Origin: Tubulanus polymorphus
Lineage: Eukaryota; Animalia; Nemertea
Length of the DNA stretch: 64,000 nt
Assembly (NCBI RefSeq): GCF_964204645.1
Contig: NC_134031.1
Coordinates: 11,100,088-11,164,087, forward strand
Reading direction: 5' to 3'
In this document: positions 1 to 11,293 of the stretch, piece by piece
Layout: each line of letters begins with the position of its first letter
How positions within the stretch are numbered: position 1 is the first letter of the stretch
Notes under the pieces: model-generated
Databases searched by the model: none
Told to the model about the DNA's origin: nothing
Seen by the model: only the letters and a program-made list of their open reading frames with translations
Program-made: the position numbers and the translations under genes

Positions 1-1115
1 AACATAAAACTGTAATACATGAAGAATTATCAAATTATCAAAAAAGAATTAAACCCGAAAATCATATTCATACGGAAAAGTTAATGGTAACTCAAGAAGA
101 TAAATATAATTATGTAGTACAAAATAGAATGTTGAAGTTTTATCTAAAACAAGGAATGATCCTAAAAAAAGTACATAGATATATTTCATTTAGTCAATCT
201 AAGTGGTTAGAAAAATATATAGATTTTAACACCAAACCGAGAACTGAAGCTAAAACTGATTTCGAGAAAGATTTCTTCAAGTTAATGAATAATGCATTCT
301 ATGGAAAAACTTGTGAAAATATTAGAAATAGAAATGATATTGAGTTAGTTAGTAATGGTAAAAGGATAAGGCATTTACAAACATATCCTAAATTTATAGG
401 TAACAGAATATTTGATGAAAATTTAGCTGCAGTTAAAATGAGAAGAACATCTATGAAATTTAATAAACCAATTTATGTTGGAGCATCAGTTTTAGAATTA
501 TCAAAGTTATTAATGTATGAATTCTATTATAATGTATTACAACCTCATTTTGGAGAAAAACATATAGAAATCTTATATTTTGATACTGACAGTTACATAT
601 TAAAGATAAAAACTAATAACATAACTGATGATTTAAAAACATTGAAACATCATTTAGATTTTAGTAATTATCCTAAAAATCATGAATCGTTTGGCAATGA
701 TAATAAAAAGCGACCCGGGAAGTTTCAGGATGAATTAGGTGGTGAAGAAATGATTGAATTCATTGGTATTAGATCCAAAATGTATTCATATAAAACTAAA
801 ACTCATGAATCAAAGAAATTGAAAGGAATTACCAAAAGCGTTGTTGAAAAGAATATTCATTTCAAAGATTACATAAATTGTATATTCAAAGAAGAAGTTA
901 GAAAACATAAGATGAAATGTTTAAGATCTGAGTACCACGAAATGTTTATTGAAGAAATAGAGAAGATAAGTTTGAATCCATTTGATGATAAAAGATATAT
1001 TTTAGATGATGGACTTCACACAGTTGCTTATGGTTGTAATTTAGATGAATACTTAAAATTTAAAAGAGAAGAAACAAAAGAGAACGAGATAATAAAAAGA
1101 ATTCTAACGTGTTAA
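1..1115 (+). CDS. polB: protein-primed family B DNA polymerase, C-terminal part, intein-free allele
   Basis: KLMNNAFYGKT (motif B), YFDTDSY (motif C), KMYSY, NPFDDKRY; near-identical to 61500-62615. Confidence 0.95.
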   Translation, partial: HKTVIHEELSNYQKRIKPENHIHTEKLMVTQEDKYNYVVQNRMLKFYLKQGMILKKVHRYISFSQSKWLEKYIDFNTKPRTEAKTDFEKDFFKLMNNAFYGKTCENIRNRNDIELVSNGKRIRHLQTYPKFIGNRIFDENLAAVKMRRTSMKFNKPIYVGASVLELSKLLMYEFYYNVLQPHFGEKHIEILYFDTDSYILKIKTNNITDDLKTLKHHLDFSNYPKNHESFGNDNKKRPGKFQDELGGEEMIEFIGIRSKMYSYKTKTHESKKLKGITKSVVEKNIHFKDYINCIFKEEVRKHKMKCLRSEYHEMFIEEIEKISLNPFDDKRYILDDGLHTVAYGCNLDEYLKFKREETKENEIIKRILTC

Positions 1116-1144
1116 TCAAATTTTAATAAAAATATGTATTATAA

Positions 1145-1497
1145 ATGGAGAGTAAACAAGCAAACAGTGAGAACAACAAATTATTTCTAGATAGAATAAA
1201 AGATACTTCAAATGTCAATCAGTAGATTATAAATTTAAGAAGTTAAAAGAATTAACAATCCATAAGAAATATCTAATTACAGATATTGTTACAGTTACTA
1301 ACAAATATGGAGATAAATTAGTTATACACTTAGAATATGAAGGATTAAAAGGAAATACATATAAATTCAGAACATATTTACCGGATAGATTTCTTAGATT
1401 ATCTAGTGAAGATTTAGAAGAATTATGTTCAGGTGATTTCTATTTCGTATACAAAGGTAAGAATGAAAAAGGGCATCATGAAATAGATTTCGAATAA
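1145..1497 (+). pseudogene. small basic protein after pPolB (possible OB-fold ssDNA-binding protein), frameshifted
   Basis: homologous to intact 62644-62985; frameshift near 1220; TAAATG start. Confidence 0.7.
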
Positions 1498-1514
1498 GAA
1501 AATATGTAAAATAA

Positions 1515-2288
1515 ATGGTAGAATTAAAAGAAAACAGAATATTTTTTGATTCAAGAAAACTTACAAATTATAAATCACATAATTTATTAGTTCAATTAGA
1601 TAGGGAATATAAAAATCGTGTTGTTTTAAAATTAGTTAATGTAAGTTTATGTAATTCTTTTTACAATATATCGAATAAAACTATTGAACATAGAGCCTTT
1701 TTAGTTTTTAATAGACACATAGATGCATGGGCCTATATATATTTAAAAACGGGGTTATATAATTTAGATACATTATCACAAGAAATTAATAGAAAAGCCT
1801 GGCACAAATTAGGTAGTGATTCCGGGTTTAGTATTAGATTTTTAAAAAGTGATAGTTCTGATAGAATAAAGATAAGGTTGACTAATAGTGAAAAACATAA
1901 ATTTATGGTAAAAAAACCTATAGCTAAACTGTTAGGAATTCCTCCAGATAGATCTTTTACAAATATTGATGCTACACCAAACTTAATACCTTACACACAC
2001 TTTTATATTTATTGCAATTTAATTGACCATACAAAGACATTCGAAGCAATTAAAGATATAACTTGTAATTCTAGTATATTAAATATTTTACCATTGAAGA
2101 ATGTTAAAGAATTTGGAATGCAAATAAATTATAATTTAACAGAATGTGATTTTAAACCTTGTATTTCACGATTTGATAATTTCAAATTAGAAGTAAAAAA
2201 TCATAATAGATATCTAATTGATTTAAATAATTTTCCAGTAATTTATGAATTAGTTATAAGATGTAGAGAGTATTTTTTTGATATATAA
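1515..2288 (+). CDS. minor capsid protein (penton, single jelly-roll)
   Basis: NSFYNI, FYIYCNLI, SILNILPL, LIDLNNFPVIYEL motifs typical of Polinton/virophage pentons. Confidence 0.8.
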   Translation: MVELKENRIFFDSRKLTNYKSHNLLVQLDREYKNRVVLKLVNVSLCNSFYNISNKTIEHRAFLVFNRHIDAWAYIYLKTGLYNLDTLSQEINRKAWHKLGSDSGFSIRFLKSDSSDRIKIRLTNSEKHKFMVKKPIAKLLGIPPDRSFTNIDATPNLIPYTHFYIYCNLIDHTKTFEAIKDITCNSSILNILPLKNVKEFGMQINYNLTECDFKPCISRFDNFKLEVKNHNRYLIDLNNFPVIYELVIRCREYFFDI

Positions 2289-2630
2289 ATGAATATAACA
2301 GTAGGGCCGAGTATATGTTTTGGGTTTGATTTTAAACATGGTAAAGAAATGAGAATTAAACTAAATGATGTAATTACTGATATAAAAAGTAAATCATTTA
2401 ACAATGCATCAATGATTAATAAAGAAAATTATAATATAGAAAAAGTAATTGATTTAATTAAAACGCCTTTAGAATATTATGAATTAAATGAAGATGGAAT
2501 TATTGATGATATTAAAAACATATTATCTAAAATATATGATAATCATAAAAGTAGTAATAAAATAAATGTTGAAATAATCATCACTAAGATAACTAAATAT
2601 TTTGAAGAAAGTAATTTTTTTGATAAATAA
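2289..2630 (+). CDS. conserved Polinton hypothetical protein (113 aa)
   Basis: homologs at 23113-23466 and 63775->64000; TAAATG start. Confidence 0.75.
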   Translation: MNITVGPSICFGFDFKHGKEMRIKLNDVITDIKSKSFNNASMINKENYNIEKVIDLIKTPLEYYELNEDGIIDDIKNILSKIYDNHKSSNKINVEIIITKITKYFEESNFFDK

Positions 2631-2852
2631 ATGAGTGATAATAAGTGGATAATAACTGAATTATATAATGGCGCATTACTATCAGTTGGAACTGTTGGTT
2701 ATTCAATGGTATTAAAAAAAGTATTTAAAATGGGAAGTGTTAATGTTGATAGATTTGATATAAATGATATTTTGAAATTATCATTAGCAGTTACTTTATC
2801 TAATTTAACTATTGATTATTTGGAAAAACAAAAATATATTCCTCCCATATAA
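2631..2852 (+). CDS. small hydrophobic protein (73 aa)
   Basis: homolog at 22885-23105; two hydrophobic segments. Confidence 0.7.
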   Translation: MSDNKWIITELYNGALLSVGTVGYSMVLKKVFKMGSVNVDRFDINDILKLSLAVTLSNLTIDYLEKQKYIPPI

Positions 2853-2876
2853 ATGCGCAATTATTTTACTAAATAA

Positions 2877-3300
2877 ATGGCTTCTGCAATTATAACTATT
2901 ATAGGATCGGCAATTGTTAACGCTTTAGCATTTACTGGTGGCCGGATATTTATTTAAACATATTGATAAAAATGGATCATTATCAGAACAAAAAAGACAT
3001 AACTTAGCATTAGAAAAATACAATAAAGCTGCAGAAGAATATAGAGAAAAAAGACAAAACTATATGGATTATATTAACAAGGAATTATATGATCAGAAGA
3101 TTTCACATAGAGATTTTCAATCAGTTGATGATGCAATGAGTTTATATAACGCGGTAACCAATAAAGAAAAATTACATCTATACAAACCTAAATTATTAGA
3201 TTATTATACCCCAAGTAAAGAACAACAGAAATATGAAATAATTTGGATTTTAGGTGGAACTGTTATTGTTATATTTGTAGCGTATAGATTTACTAATTAG
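2877..3300 (+). pseudogene. membrane protein with N- and C-terminal hydrophobic segments, frameshifted
   Basis: true start TAAATG at 2877; frameshift near 2940; homolog 22437-22859. Confidence 0.7.
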
Positions 3301-3327
3301 TAATTTCTTAAAAAATTTGCTAAATAA

Positions 3328-3762
3328 ATGGAAGATAAAGTTGATAATATTGATAGTATTCCTCATGATATCAGTAAAACTAAATTAAAAAGATATTTAG
3401 AAAAACAAATATTAGAATTTGAAAGTGACTTAAAGATAAAAAAGAAAAAATATTTAAAAAGTAAAATTATATATTATTTGATTATAAGTGGTTCGGTTAC
3501 AATTAGTTCTGTAATAACATTTCTAGCAATATTCAGTCCATGAACACCTTTAGCTATATCAATTGGTGTGTTAGGATTAAGTTCAAGTGTTTTAACCGGT
3601 ATAAGTTCAAAATTAAATATAAAAAGTAATAAAGAAAAAATTAAAACTAATATAAAAGAAATTAATAAATTAAAGAATACACTAGCTTATATAATAAGTT
3701 TAAATGGTCATATAACAGTTGAGGAACAAGATAAATTATTAAAAGAATTAGTTAATTATTAA
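3328..3762 (+). pseudogene. two-TM coiled-coil protein with premature stop at 3541
   Basis: ORFs 3328-3543 and 3568-3762 are in frame; homologs at 21983-22417 and ~39533-39969. Confidence 0.7.
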
Positions 3763-3778
3763 TTTTTTAATTATATAA

Positions 3779-5143
3779 ATGGCAGTTAGTTTTCCAAAAG
3801 CTTTCCAATATAATAAATCAATTAAATATAATATTCCTGCAATAGATTTCAATAAAGATATTTCATATAGAAATGAAGTTTTAAATTCATTAATTGATTT
3901 ATATATTTATGTTATTGAAAGTAATAATTTTCATGTAAAGATGGAAAATATATTCAATGTTTATGAAATTAATTTTGAAAAAGAATTAAGTAAAGCAAAA
4001 TTATGGATGTCAAAATCAAATATGCAATTCTGGCAATACCAATTAAATTTTGATGTTTATTGCGCAACAACAGGGTGTGGCATAAGTTGGAATAATCATT
4101 TAAATTAACCAAATTTACCATTAATATTATCACCCTTTAGATTTCATACATACTTTCAAATAAGATTAATATTAAATGAATTAGAGTGTCCTTTACCAGG
4201 GTCTAGATATTTTAAAGAATTAGATAATAACATTAATTTATCAAAGTATTATGAAATATGTAATGAATTTAATATAGATATAAATAATTCTGATTTTAGA
4301 TCAAAGATGGGAACAATTACAGGGGGAGATTTATCTAAAGTAGAGAAAGCTTTGGTTGCAATGAATAATTCACCATTTCCAATCGGAGGTTTTGTTGCCC
4401 CTTATACTAAAAAATATATAAAAGAAATAAAAAATATTAACTCAAAAACGTTTAAATGGAATGAAATACCAAAATATTATATTTATATCAAACAACAACA
4501 AAATAATGATGGTTGGGTTAATTTTATTTTAGAAAATAGTGAAGGTTTTACTAAATCAGGTATACAAAGAATAAATCAATCAATTAGAACTTATTTGATA
4601 TGTATTCTAGGATCACAGGTTGAAACAAGATCCCCAATAATTGGAAATTTTAATACATCATTTGATACACAGAAACAATTCAAAGTATTATTTCAAGATT
4701 CAATTCATAATGATAAAAATAGATCGATTCAAGAAAACATTGTAAGATATCAAAATTATCTAGATAAATCACATATTAGATTAAATTATTGTATAGGCCC
4801 TAATCTATTCATTATTTCTAATGATTTAGTATTAAAACTGCAACAATAAATAATTCATTTGGATTAAATGATATAAATAAAAAGATAATTACTGCTCCAA
4901 AATTAATGGAAGGTGAAAAAAATGAAAAAACATATTTAATCAACTGAAACTAAAACTAAAAATATTAAATTGGATAATGATTCTAAAATAAAAGATTACA
5001 ATACATCAGAAAATATTAAAACTGATAATATTCAACATGATATAATTAAAACTGATAATGATAATAAATCCCATGAAAATGGTAAATTAGCTATAACTTG
5101 TATAGGAATTGTTATAGGAGGAATATTATATTTTAAATTTTAA
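3779..5143 (+). pseudogene. conserved Polinton protein (WQxQLNFAVYCATTGC motif, C-terminal TM anchor), disrupted
   Basis: homolog 20665-21966; internal stop and frameshifts. Confidence 0.75.
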
Positions 5144-5158
5144 TTTTTTATTATATAA

Positions 5159-6701
5159 ATGGAAGAATATATTCCAATGGATACTTTTGATGAACCCGGT
5201 ATAAGTGATGAACCACAACCTAATTTTAATGATGATGAATCAGCATTCAATTCTTATTTAGCCCCATGAACAGATGAATTTGATAGAGGAGCTAAATCGA
5301 GAATAAGTCCTGAAAATAAAAATCCAGATTTAATAAGACAAAATTTAGAATATAATGAATTTATAAATGATTTTAAACCTTTATTTGAAAAATCTGGATA
5401 TAATATAAATGATAGAGGCGCTAGACTTTTAGTAAGATATTTAGAATTTTTCAATGGTGATTATTATTATTATTTGGATGGTGATAATTTGAATGGTGAT
5501 TATTATATTAATATCTCTTATAAAAATCAAGACAAAATATTAGCAGAGTCAACTTAAGAAAAATTAGAACCAGATAGAATTAAAAAAATAATTTATAATA
5601 GCAATGAACTAGAAGATGTAACAAAAGAAGAAATAAATCGCTATAAGAAATTTAAAACAAAGAATTAATGATTTATTTGACAAAATCTATAATAATTTAG
5701 AACCAGAAATGGAAGAGTATGGGGATAGATTATTAAGATCTTCAACACCAGAAACATCGAGAAGAGACACTCAACCGATTGATATTGATTTTAAGTCAAC
5801 ATCAAGAAGTAAAACATTTATTGGACACAATAGATTCAGGTAATGCGGCAGAAGAACAGATAAATAATACTTGTATACACCTGGTACTGAAACTGGAACA
5901 AATCAATTGCAACTTTTATTAGAAAAAGGAATTATTGATTTAACTGATGAAGAATTAAAAATGTTACCCAAACAAACACGTAGAGAAATTATTAGTATAA
6001 GAGATGAAACTGATAAAATTACTGATATTAAGATGAGATTTTCTAAAATAACCCTGTTAGAAAAAGAATTAACTGATAAAAATAAAGAAATAGAACAATT
6101 AAAGTCTGATATTGATCATCAAGTAATTGATGAAATAGAATATAGGCAAAAAGAATTACGTTTAGAAAAAGAAATTGATAATTTAAAAGATAATTTAGAA
6201 GTACAAAAAGGTGAAAGAAATATATTATTAAAAGAATTTAGTAATAATTTTAAAAGGTTAAAAGATGTTTTTAAAAGATATCTTATTAAACCAGATTCTA
6301 AAATATCATTGAAAGACAGAATAAAATTATTATTTAAGTTAGAAGGTATAACAATTCTTTCAATTCTAACATCTGTAACTATGGTATCTACAACAATTGG
6401 TTTAGCTATATCAAATTCACTTAAATCTACTCCTACTTCCAATAAACCAGATAAACCCCCAAATAATAATTCTATACAAGATAAAGTTAAGGATGGTTTA
6501 AAAAAATTAGCATAATATTTATGGGAACTATCTAAAAAATCTGCCGCAGCTTTACCCAGAGTTATTGCATCAATTGTTGGTTTTATATTGAAATCTGCAG
6601 GGAGTATTCTTAACTTTGCTGCCGAACATATTATTTTATTTTTAATTACAGTTGTAAGTGCTATTATTTTTGGGTTAGTGAATATGATAAAAAATAAATA
6701 A
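5159..6701 (+). pseudogene. large acidic/coiled-coil protein with C-terminal hydrophobic helices, disrupted
   Basis: includes ORF 5871-6515; homologs 19190-20648 and 41377-42839. Confidence 0.75.
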
Positions 6702-6721
6702 TTAATTTTTTTGTTAAATAA

Positions 6722-6798
6722 ATGAGTGGGAGTTATATAAGTCCTTCTAAGATTTCTAGAATATCTAATGCTATTAAAGCAGAAAAATCACATCATAA
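6722..6798 (+). pseudogene. major capsid protein 5' stub at a deletion junction
   Basis: MSGSYISPSKISRISNAIKAEKSHH matches the start of 17923-19170, then switches abruptly to ATPase sequence. Confidence 0.8.
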
Positions 6799-7221
6799 GT
6801 CTTTAACAATTGAATTATATTTTTGATTTAAAACCCATGTTGTTATTCCAAAATGTCTCCCAGAGAAAGCTAAATAACATAAGTCACTTTCTCTCACTTT
6901 TGAATCATGTAAATTTGCGCAATCATCTATAATGAATAATGTATTTAATCCTTTATATAAGTATCAATTGCTATTTTAATAGAATTATCTAAATTTTCTT
7001 TTACTGTTTTAGGATTTAATATAATAAACTTTTTCATCTTTACTATATCTCTATTATATGTTTCATTCATTTCATAAGTAGGACAGAATGATATTATATT
7101 ATCAAAATGATTTTTATATATAGTTTCTAACAAATCTAATATGAAATGTGTTTTACCACAGTTCGTTACTCCAGTAACTAACATATTATGCGGTTCAAAT
7201 AAAAAATAAATCTTTATTCAT
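6799..7221 (-). pseudogene. A32-like packaging ATPase, truncated and frameshifted
   Basis: Walker A GVTNCGKT, Walker B LFIIDD, GRHFGITT. Confidence 0.85.
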
Positions 7222-8192
7222 TTATTCTTTTAATTTTACTAGATAAAATCCATTAAATTTATCATCATATCCTTTATATTTCACCAAAGAATACTTTTTT
7301 CCTTTAAGAGTTTTTGTTTTCAATACTTTTTCTATTTTATATTCTATTTCATCTGGATTTGGCACAAGTGATAATTCTTGTTCATAAAAATAACCTAATA
7401 TTTCTTCATTTTTTAAATCTTCTAATTTATAAACAAATGGTTTAGTTAATATTATCTTTTTAATCTTAAATATTTCTTCTGTAAAATTAGGGGTATAACC
7501 TTTATAAAATGTTTTTCTATATTTAGATATTCTTGTATAGGTTTCATATTTATAGAACTATGTTTAGAATTACTATAACCTTTCACTAAATCATCTAACA
7601 CATCGATATATTTATATGTTCCATTAGCAGTAAAATATTTCCACATTCTAGTTTTCAATGTTTTATTAAATCTTTCTATAATAGATGCTTTTTTATCTGA
7701 ATGTGTTGAAAAATATTCTACATCGTTATCAGATAATAGTTTTTTAAAATGTTTGTTATAAAATTCTTTACCTTCATCAAATTGTATCTTATCTGGAATA
7801 GCTTCTTTAAATATTGATTTAAAAGCATTTGTCACTTCTATACCAGTTTTATTTTTGATTGGAATTGACCATGCGTATCTACTGAATATGTCTATAACAT
7901 TTAATATCCAGAAATATCCTTTGTTGTATTCCTCTAAGTTCTTCATATCAATTAAATCTGCTTGCCATTGTTGATCGATATATGAAACCATAACTTTTCT
8001 TGTTAAATAAGTTTTATCCATTTTCTTATGGATTTGATATGTTGGTTGATTTTGTAACCATGATTTTAATTCACTATATTTTATATTTTCATTATCAGAT
8101 TTAATTTTACCCCATAATTCTGAAACGTTAGAATATGATACTTCACTTTCTGGGTTATAATATAAATCTCTTAAATATTGTTCTTTCTTCAT
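7222..8192 (-). pseudogene. retroviral-like (rve, DDE) integrase with C-terminal chromodomain, internal deletion
   Basis: WQADLIDM, IDIFSRY, QFDEGKEF, IERFNKTLK; chromodomain YSLVKYKGYDDKFN. Confidence 0.9.
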
Positions 8193-8198
8193 CTTATT

Positions 8199-8568
8199 TT
8201 AATCCATTAATAATAATTTAGATTTAGTTTCAATGACTTTACGATTTGCCTTATTTTCTGGTATAATAGGTTTATCATCATTGGAATCATCTTTATCATC
8301 AGATTTGAATTTTGATTTATATATTACACCAGATAATATAATAAGTGTGATTAACCCAATTGTAATATATAAGTAATTATTTCTTCCACTATTAGAAGAA
8401 TCAGATGGATTGTTATTTTGAATCAATATCAGATAATTTCTGTGGCTCATTTATATCAGTTAATTTCTTTTTCTTAGCTCTTTTAAATTCTGCAGATCTT
8501 TTTCCCAACTCCTTTGACCACCATTTTTGTTTTTCAGTTCTAGGCTTCTTCTCAATATCATCACTCAT
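8199..8568 (-). pseudogene. single-TM basic protein, frameshifted
   Basis: homolog intact at 46668-47030 and related to 14942-15307. Confidence 0.7.
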
Positions 8569-8577
8569 TTATTTTAG

Positions 8578-9168
8578 TTAATTTTTGTTCTAATTCATTT
8601 TCGTTTCACCGTTTGGTTGTCTTACGGCGACATCTGTTTCGTTCTTACCTGATTTATATTCCATAGGTTTGATATTTGAAAATGTTATGACACCAGTAGA
8701 AATTAATGTCATAACCGATCCTAATTGGAATGAAGCATATCCGACCCATTTTTGTAATTCAGTCATAACTTAGTAATCATTTTTCAAATCACTATATAAT
8801 TTATTTTCATCATCAATTGATTTTAACCGTTTACATAATTTTGAATAACATTTTATAATACTATCTGAAATAGAATCATTTATTCGAGCCAATCTAGCTT
8901 CTTCATAAATCTTAAAATATTTTATTACTTTATCGGGTTTCATAGAGTCTAGTTCTTGAAAAGTAATGGTCTTAGTTAAAAACTCTTTAGATTTCCCGCC
9001 AGCAATTAGTAACTCAAGATGGTGTTTACAATATAAGTAGTATTCATAATCAATATTGTTATTTACTTGAATAGAATTAGAAACAACTGGATCCTTATTA
9101 TTACTTATACCCAAATCATCTAATGTTTTTTCAATATCATTACTATTCTTACTCGATTTCTTTGACAT
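8578..9168 (-). pseudogene. conserved Polinton hypothetical protein (YYLYCKHxLE), premature stop at 8770
   Basis: homolog intact at 15240-15845. Confidence 0.75.
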
Positions 9169-9630
9169 TTATATTAGAGAAATTTAATAAGAAAAATATT
9201 ATAAGTATTATAAAATGATACTAAATAGTTAAAGTTAAAGAATTCTAGCATTGACTACTGATACTAGCAATTTGAATTTAAAGAATTTCTATTTGAATCT
9301 ATTCAAAATATAAAGTATTCTCTTTTTGAAAAGAAAATATTAAAAATTAAAATAGAATTCAATAGCTAGTTGAAGTTATTGTTTTTTTATTATATTTTAT
9401 TTAAATTAGGATTTAATATCTCACTACTATTGTCTATCTATAGGAGCGGTAACTATAACTGTCCAGATAAGTCATTTCGGATCCTCGATAATAAATCCTC
9501 AAACTGAAAATAAATTCAAAGAAACGACTGGTGTTATTGCGTAATACTTAGTTAACAGTAAACAATACAATATTAAAACAGATATATACAATCGAGATTA
9601 CATTTTTTGATATCTATATTACAAAGACCT

Positions 9631-9750
9631 TCACTGTGTTACGAGAGTTTCATCCTCCATTTCTATTGATTCCTGAGTTTCACTATCCAGCAGCATTAGT
9701 TCCTTTTCCGATGGTTGGCTTAGAATTTCTGGTTCATATTTGTGTTCCAT
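9631..9750 (-). CDS. putative 39-aa acidic peptide with a 5' UTR intron (9757-9847)
   Basis: AAAT^GTAAGT donor and TTTTAG acceptor just before ATG; same layout at 38904-39164 and 49138-49267. Confidence 0.4.
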   Translation of the reverse strand: MEHKYEPEILSQPSEKELMLLDSETQESIEMEDETLVTQ

Positions 9751-10119
9751 TTTAATCTAAAAGATATCGTGAAAATGACTTACTGTACTTAAATATGTTT
9801 AAAGGTTTCCCTACTTCATAATAACTACAAAAACGGTACTTACTTACATTTAGATTTAGAACTGTAAACTGTGTTTTGAGAGAGAATATCCAATACGTAC
9901 TATGTATGTGAATGTTGATTTCTAACTGCCGACGTGGCGCACGTTCGACCAAACTAATTATTTCTGCATGTTTGCCTGGATTGTAACAGATGTTCTTTAT
10001 GATGAAGTTAATTAATTCTTTAGAATTGAAAACAAGATATATTTGGCAACATATGTTTTAGTAGTAAGCAAAAGCTATGTATTATAGACATACAAAGCTA
10101 AAATAGAATTGCCGGCTTT

Positions 10120-10788
10120 CTAACCACTGATTAAAACCTCAGAATGCGGTTGATTCTGTGAAATACTATTCCATAATTCAACAAATGTCTTTGCTTTAAC
10201 CAGTTGATCTAAATATAACTGTAAATCTAGTTTATTAGATTTAATTATGTTTCCCTTCTTTTCTAAAGGCCTTAAATTTCTCCAGCTCCAGATTAGCTTC
10301 TTATTATAATCATCACTCATGTAAAATTTAGAAATCGGCAACACGTGATCAATATGAAAGTATTCACCATAATTATCTATATTCATTTTATCATCGAATC
10401 GATATATTATCCATGATTTTAAGAATTCATCTGAACAACCCAACAAATTAGATAGTGTTTCTGAATGCGTTTCTTTGTTGAATAATTGTGTTAATCTAGA
10501 TCTTAAACATTGTTTCAATCTAAAATTAATATCTGTTTGATATCTTCCTCTCATATATTCTGTCATATAATCATTGTAAGCTTCTCTATTATCTTCTCGA
10601 TATTGTATGGTATATAGTTTAGTGCAAGTTTTACAGCAATATTGAAAACCATCTTTGCTAATCTTACGCTTACTAAATTCTGTTATAGCTAATTTATCTA
10701 TTTCACATTTAGAACACTTCTTGTAGTATATATTTATGACACCAGTGTTATTTGTAATATTGATAGTTTGTGGTTGTTCTGGTTCCAT
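10120..10788 (-). CDS. HNH endonuclease with N-terminal CxxC...CxxC zinc finger
   Basis: HIDHVLP...NLRPL...N.IKSNK; KKCSKC...CKTC. Confidence 0.85.
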   Translation of the reverse strand: MEPEQPQTINITNNTGVINIYYKKCSKCEIDKLAITEFSKRKISKDGFQYCCKTCTKLYTIQYREDNREAYNDYMTEYMRGRYQTDINFRLKQCLRSRLTQLFNKETHSETLSNLLGCSDEFLKSWIIYRFDDKMNIDNYGEYFHIDHVLPISKFYMSDDYNKKLIWSWRNLRPLEKKGNIIKSNKLDLQLYLDQLVKAKTFVELWNSISQNQPHSEVLISG

Positions 10789-10809
10789 TTATTATACATC
10801 TTTTTTTAC

Positions 10810-11293
10810 TAAATTGATTTTAGAAGTTCAATGATTTATATATGAATTATTTCAATCACACTTTACTAACACTTTTAATGTTTAAGAATATAACTCATAC
10901 AAATATAAATATTGAAATATGTTTAAAATATATCTATATATCTATTCTATAAGAGCTCGTTAATTACTCGTTACTTTTATATTGAATAATCTATCAATTT
11001 ATATGTTATTCATATATATTCTATTCATGTATTTTAAATATAAATATAAATTTAAATATAAAATTATAAATATTTTAAGAGTAATAGGGGTTTAGTTGTT
11101 CTAGGTTAAAGGTTGAACGGTCGAGTTCATTAAAAACAAAATATTAAAAGTAATTTAAAACTATAATATATTTTCATAGCCGTGTGTATTTTAGTTAAAT
11201 CATAGAATAATTATTAATATTTGAATATATTTGATTATATGAATTTGTGTATTGTAAATAAATCAATTGGTCGCGGAGCGGAGCGGCAGCGAA
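10810..11293 (-). repeat. family A terminal repeat, inner arm of the terminal hairpin only
   Basis: reverse complement of ~38090-38510. Confidence 0.85.

Larger units (their letters stand above)
1..11293 (+). mobile_element. Polinton/Maverick family A copy 1 (5'-truncated by window edge; internal deletion fusing MCP start to ATPase; right terminus cut at hairpin apex)
   Basis: pPolB, penton, MCP start, ATPase, integrase, HNH in the same order as other A copies; 10810-11293 is the reverse complement of terminal sequence at 37898-38510 and resembles 58228-58560. Confidence 0.9.

Noticed and set aside
6119-6442. Antisense ORFs (also 5254, 19486, 20156, 23030, 23789, 26989, 33129, 42072, 46162, 49985, 60312, 61960)
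   Set aside because: Shadows of real genes on the opposite strand, with low-complexity F/L/I/S composition
9443-9464. rRNA gene fragment or true I-CeuI site
   Set aside because: Only ~15 nt match; the right half of the site and flanking rRNA are missing
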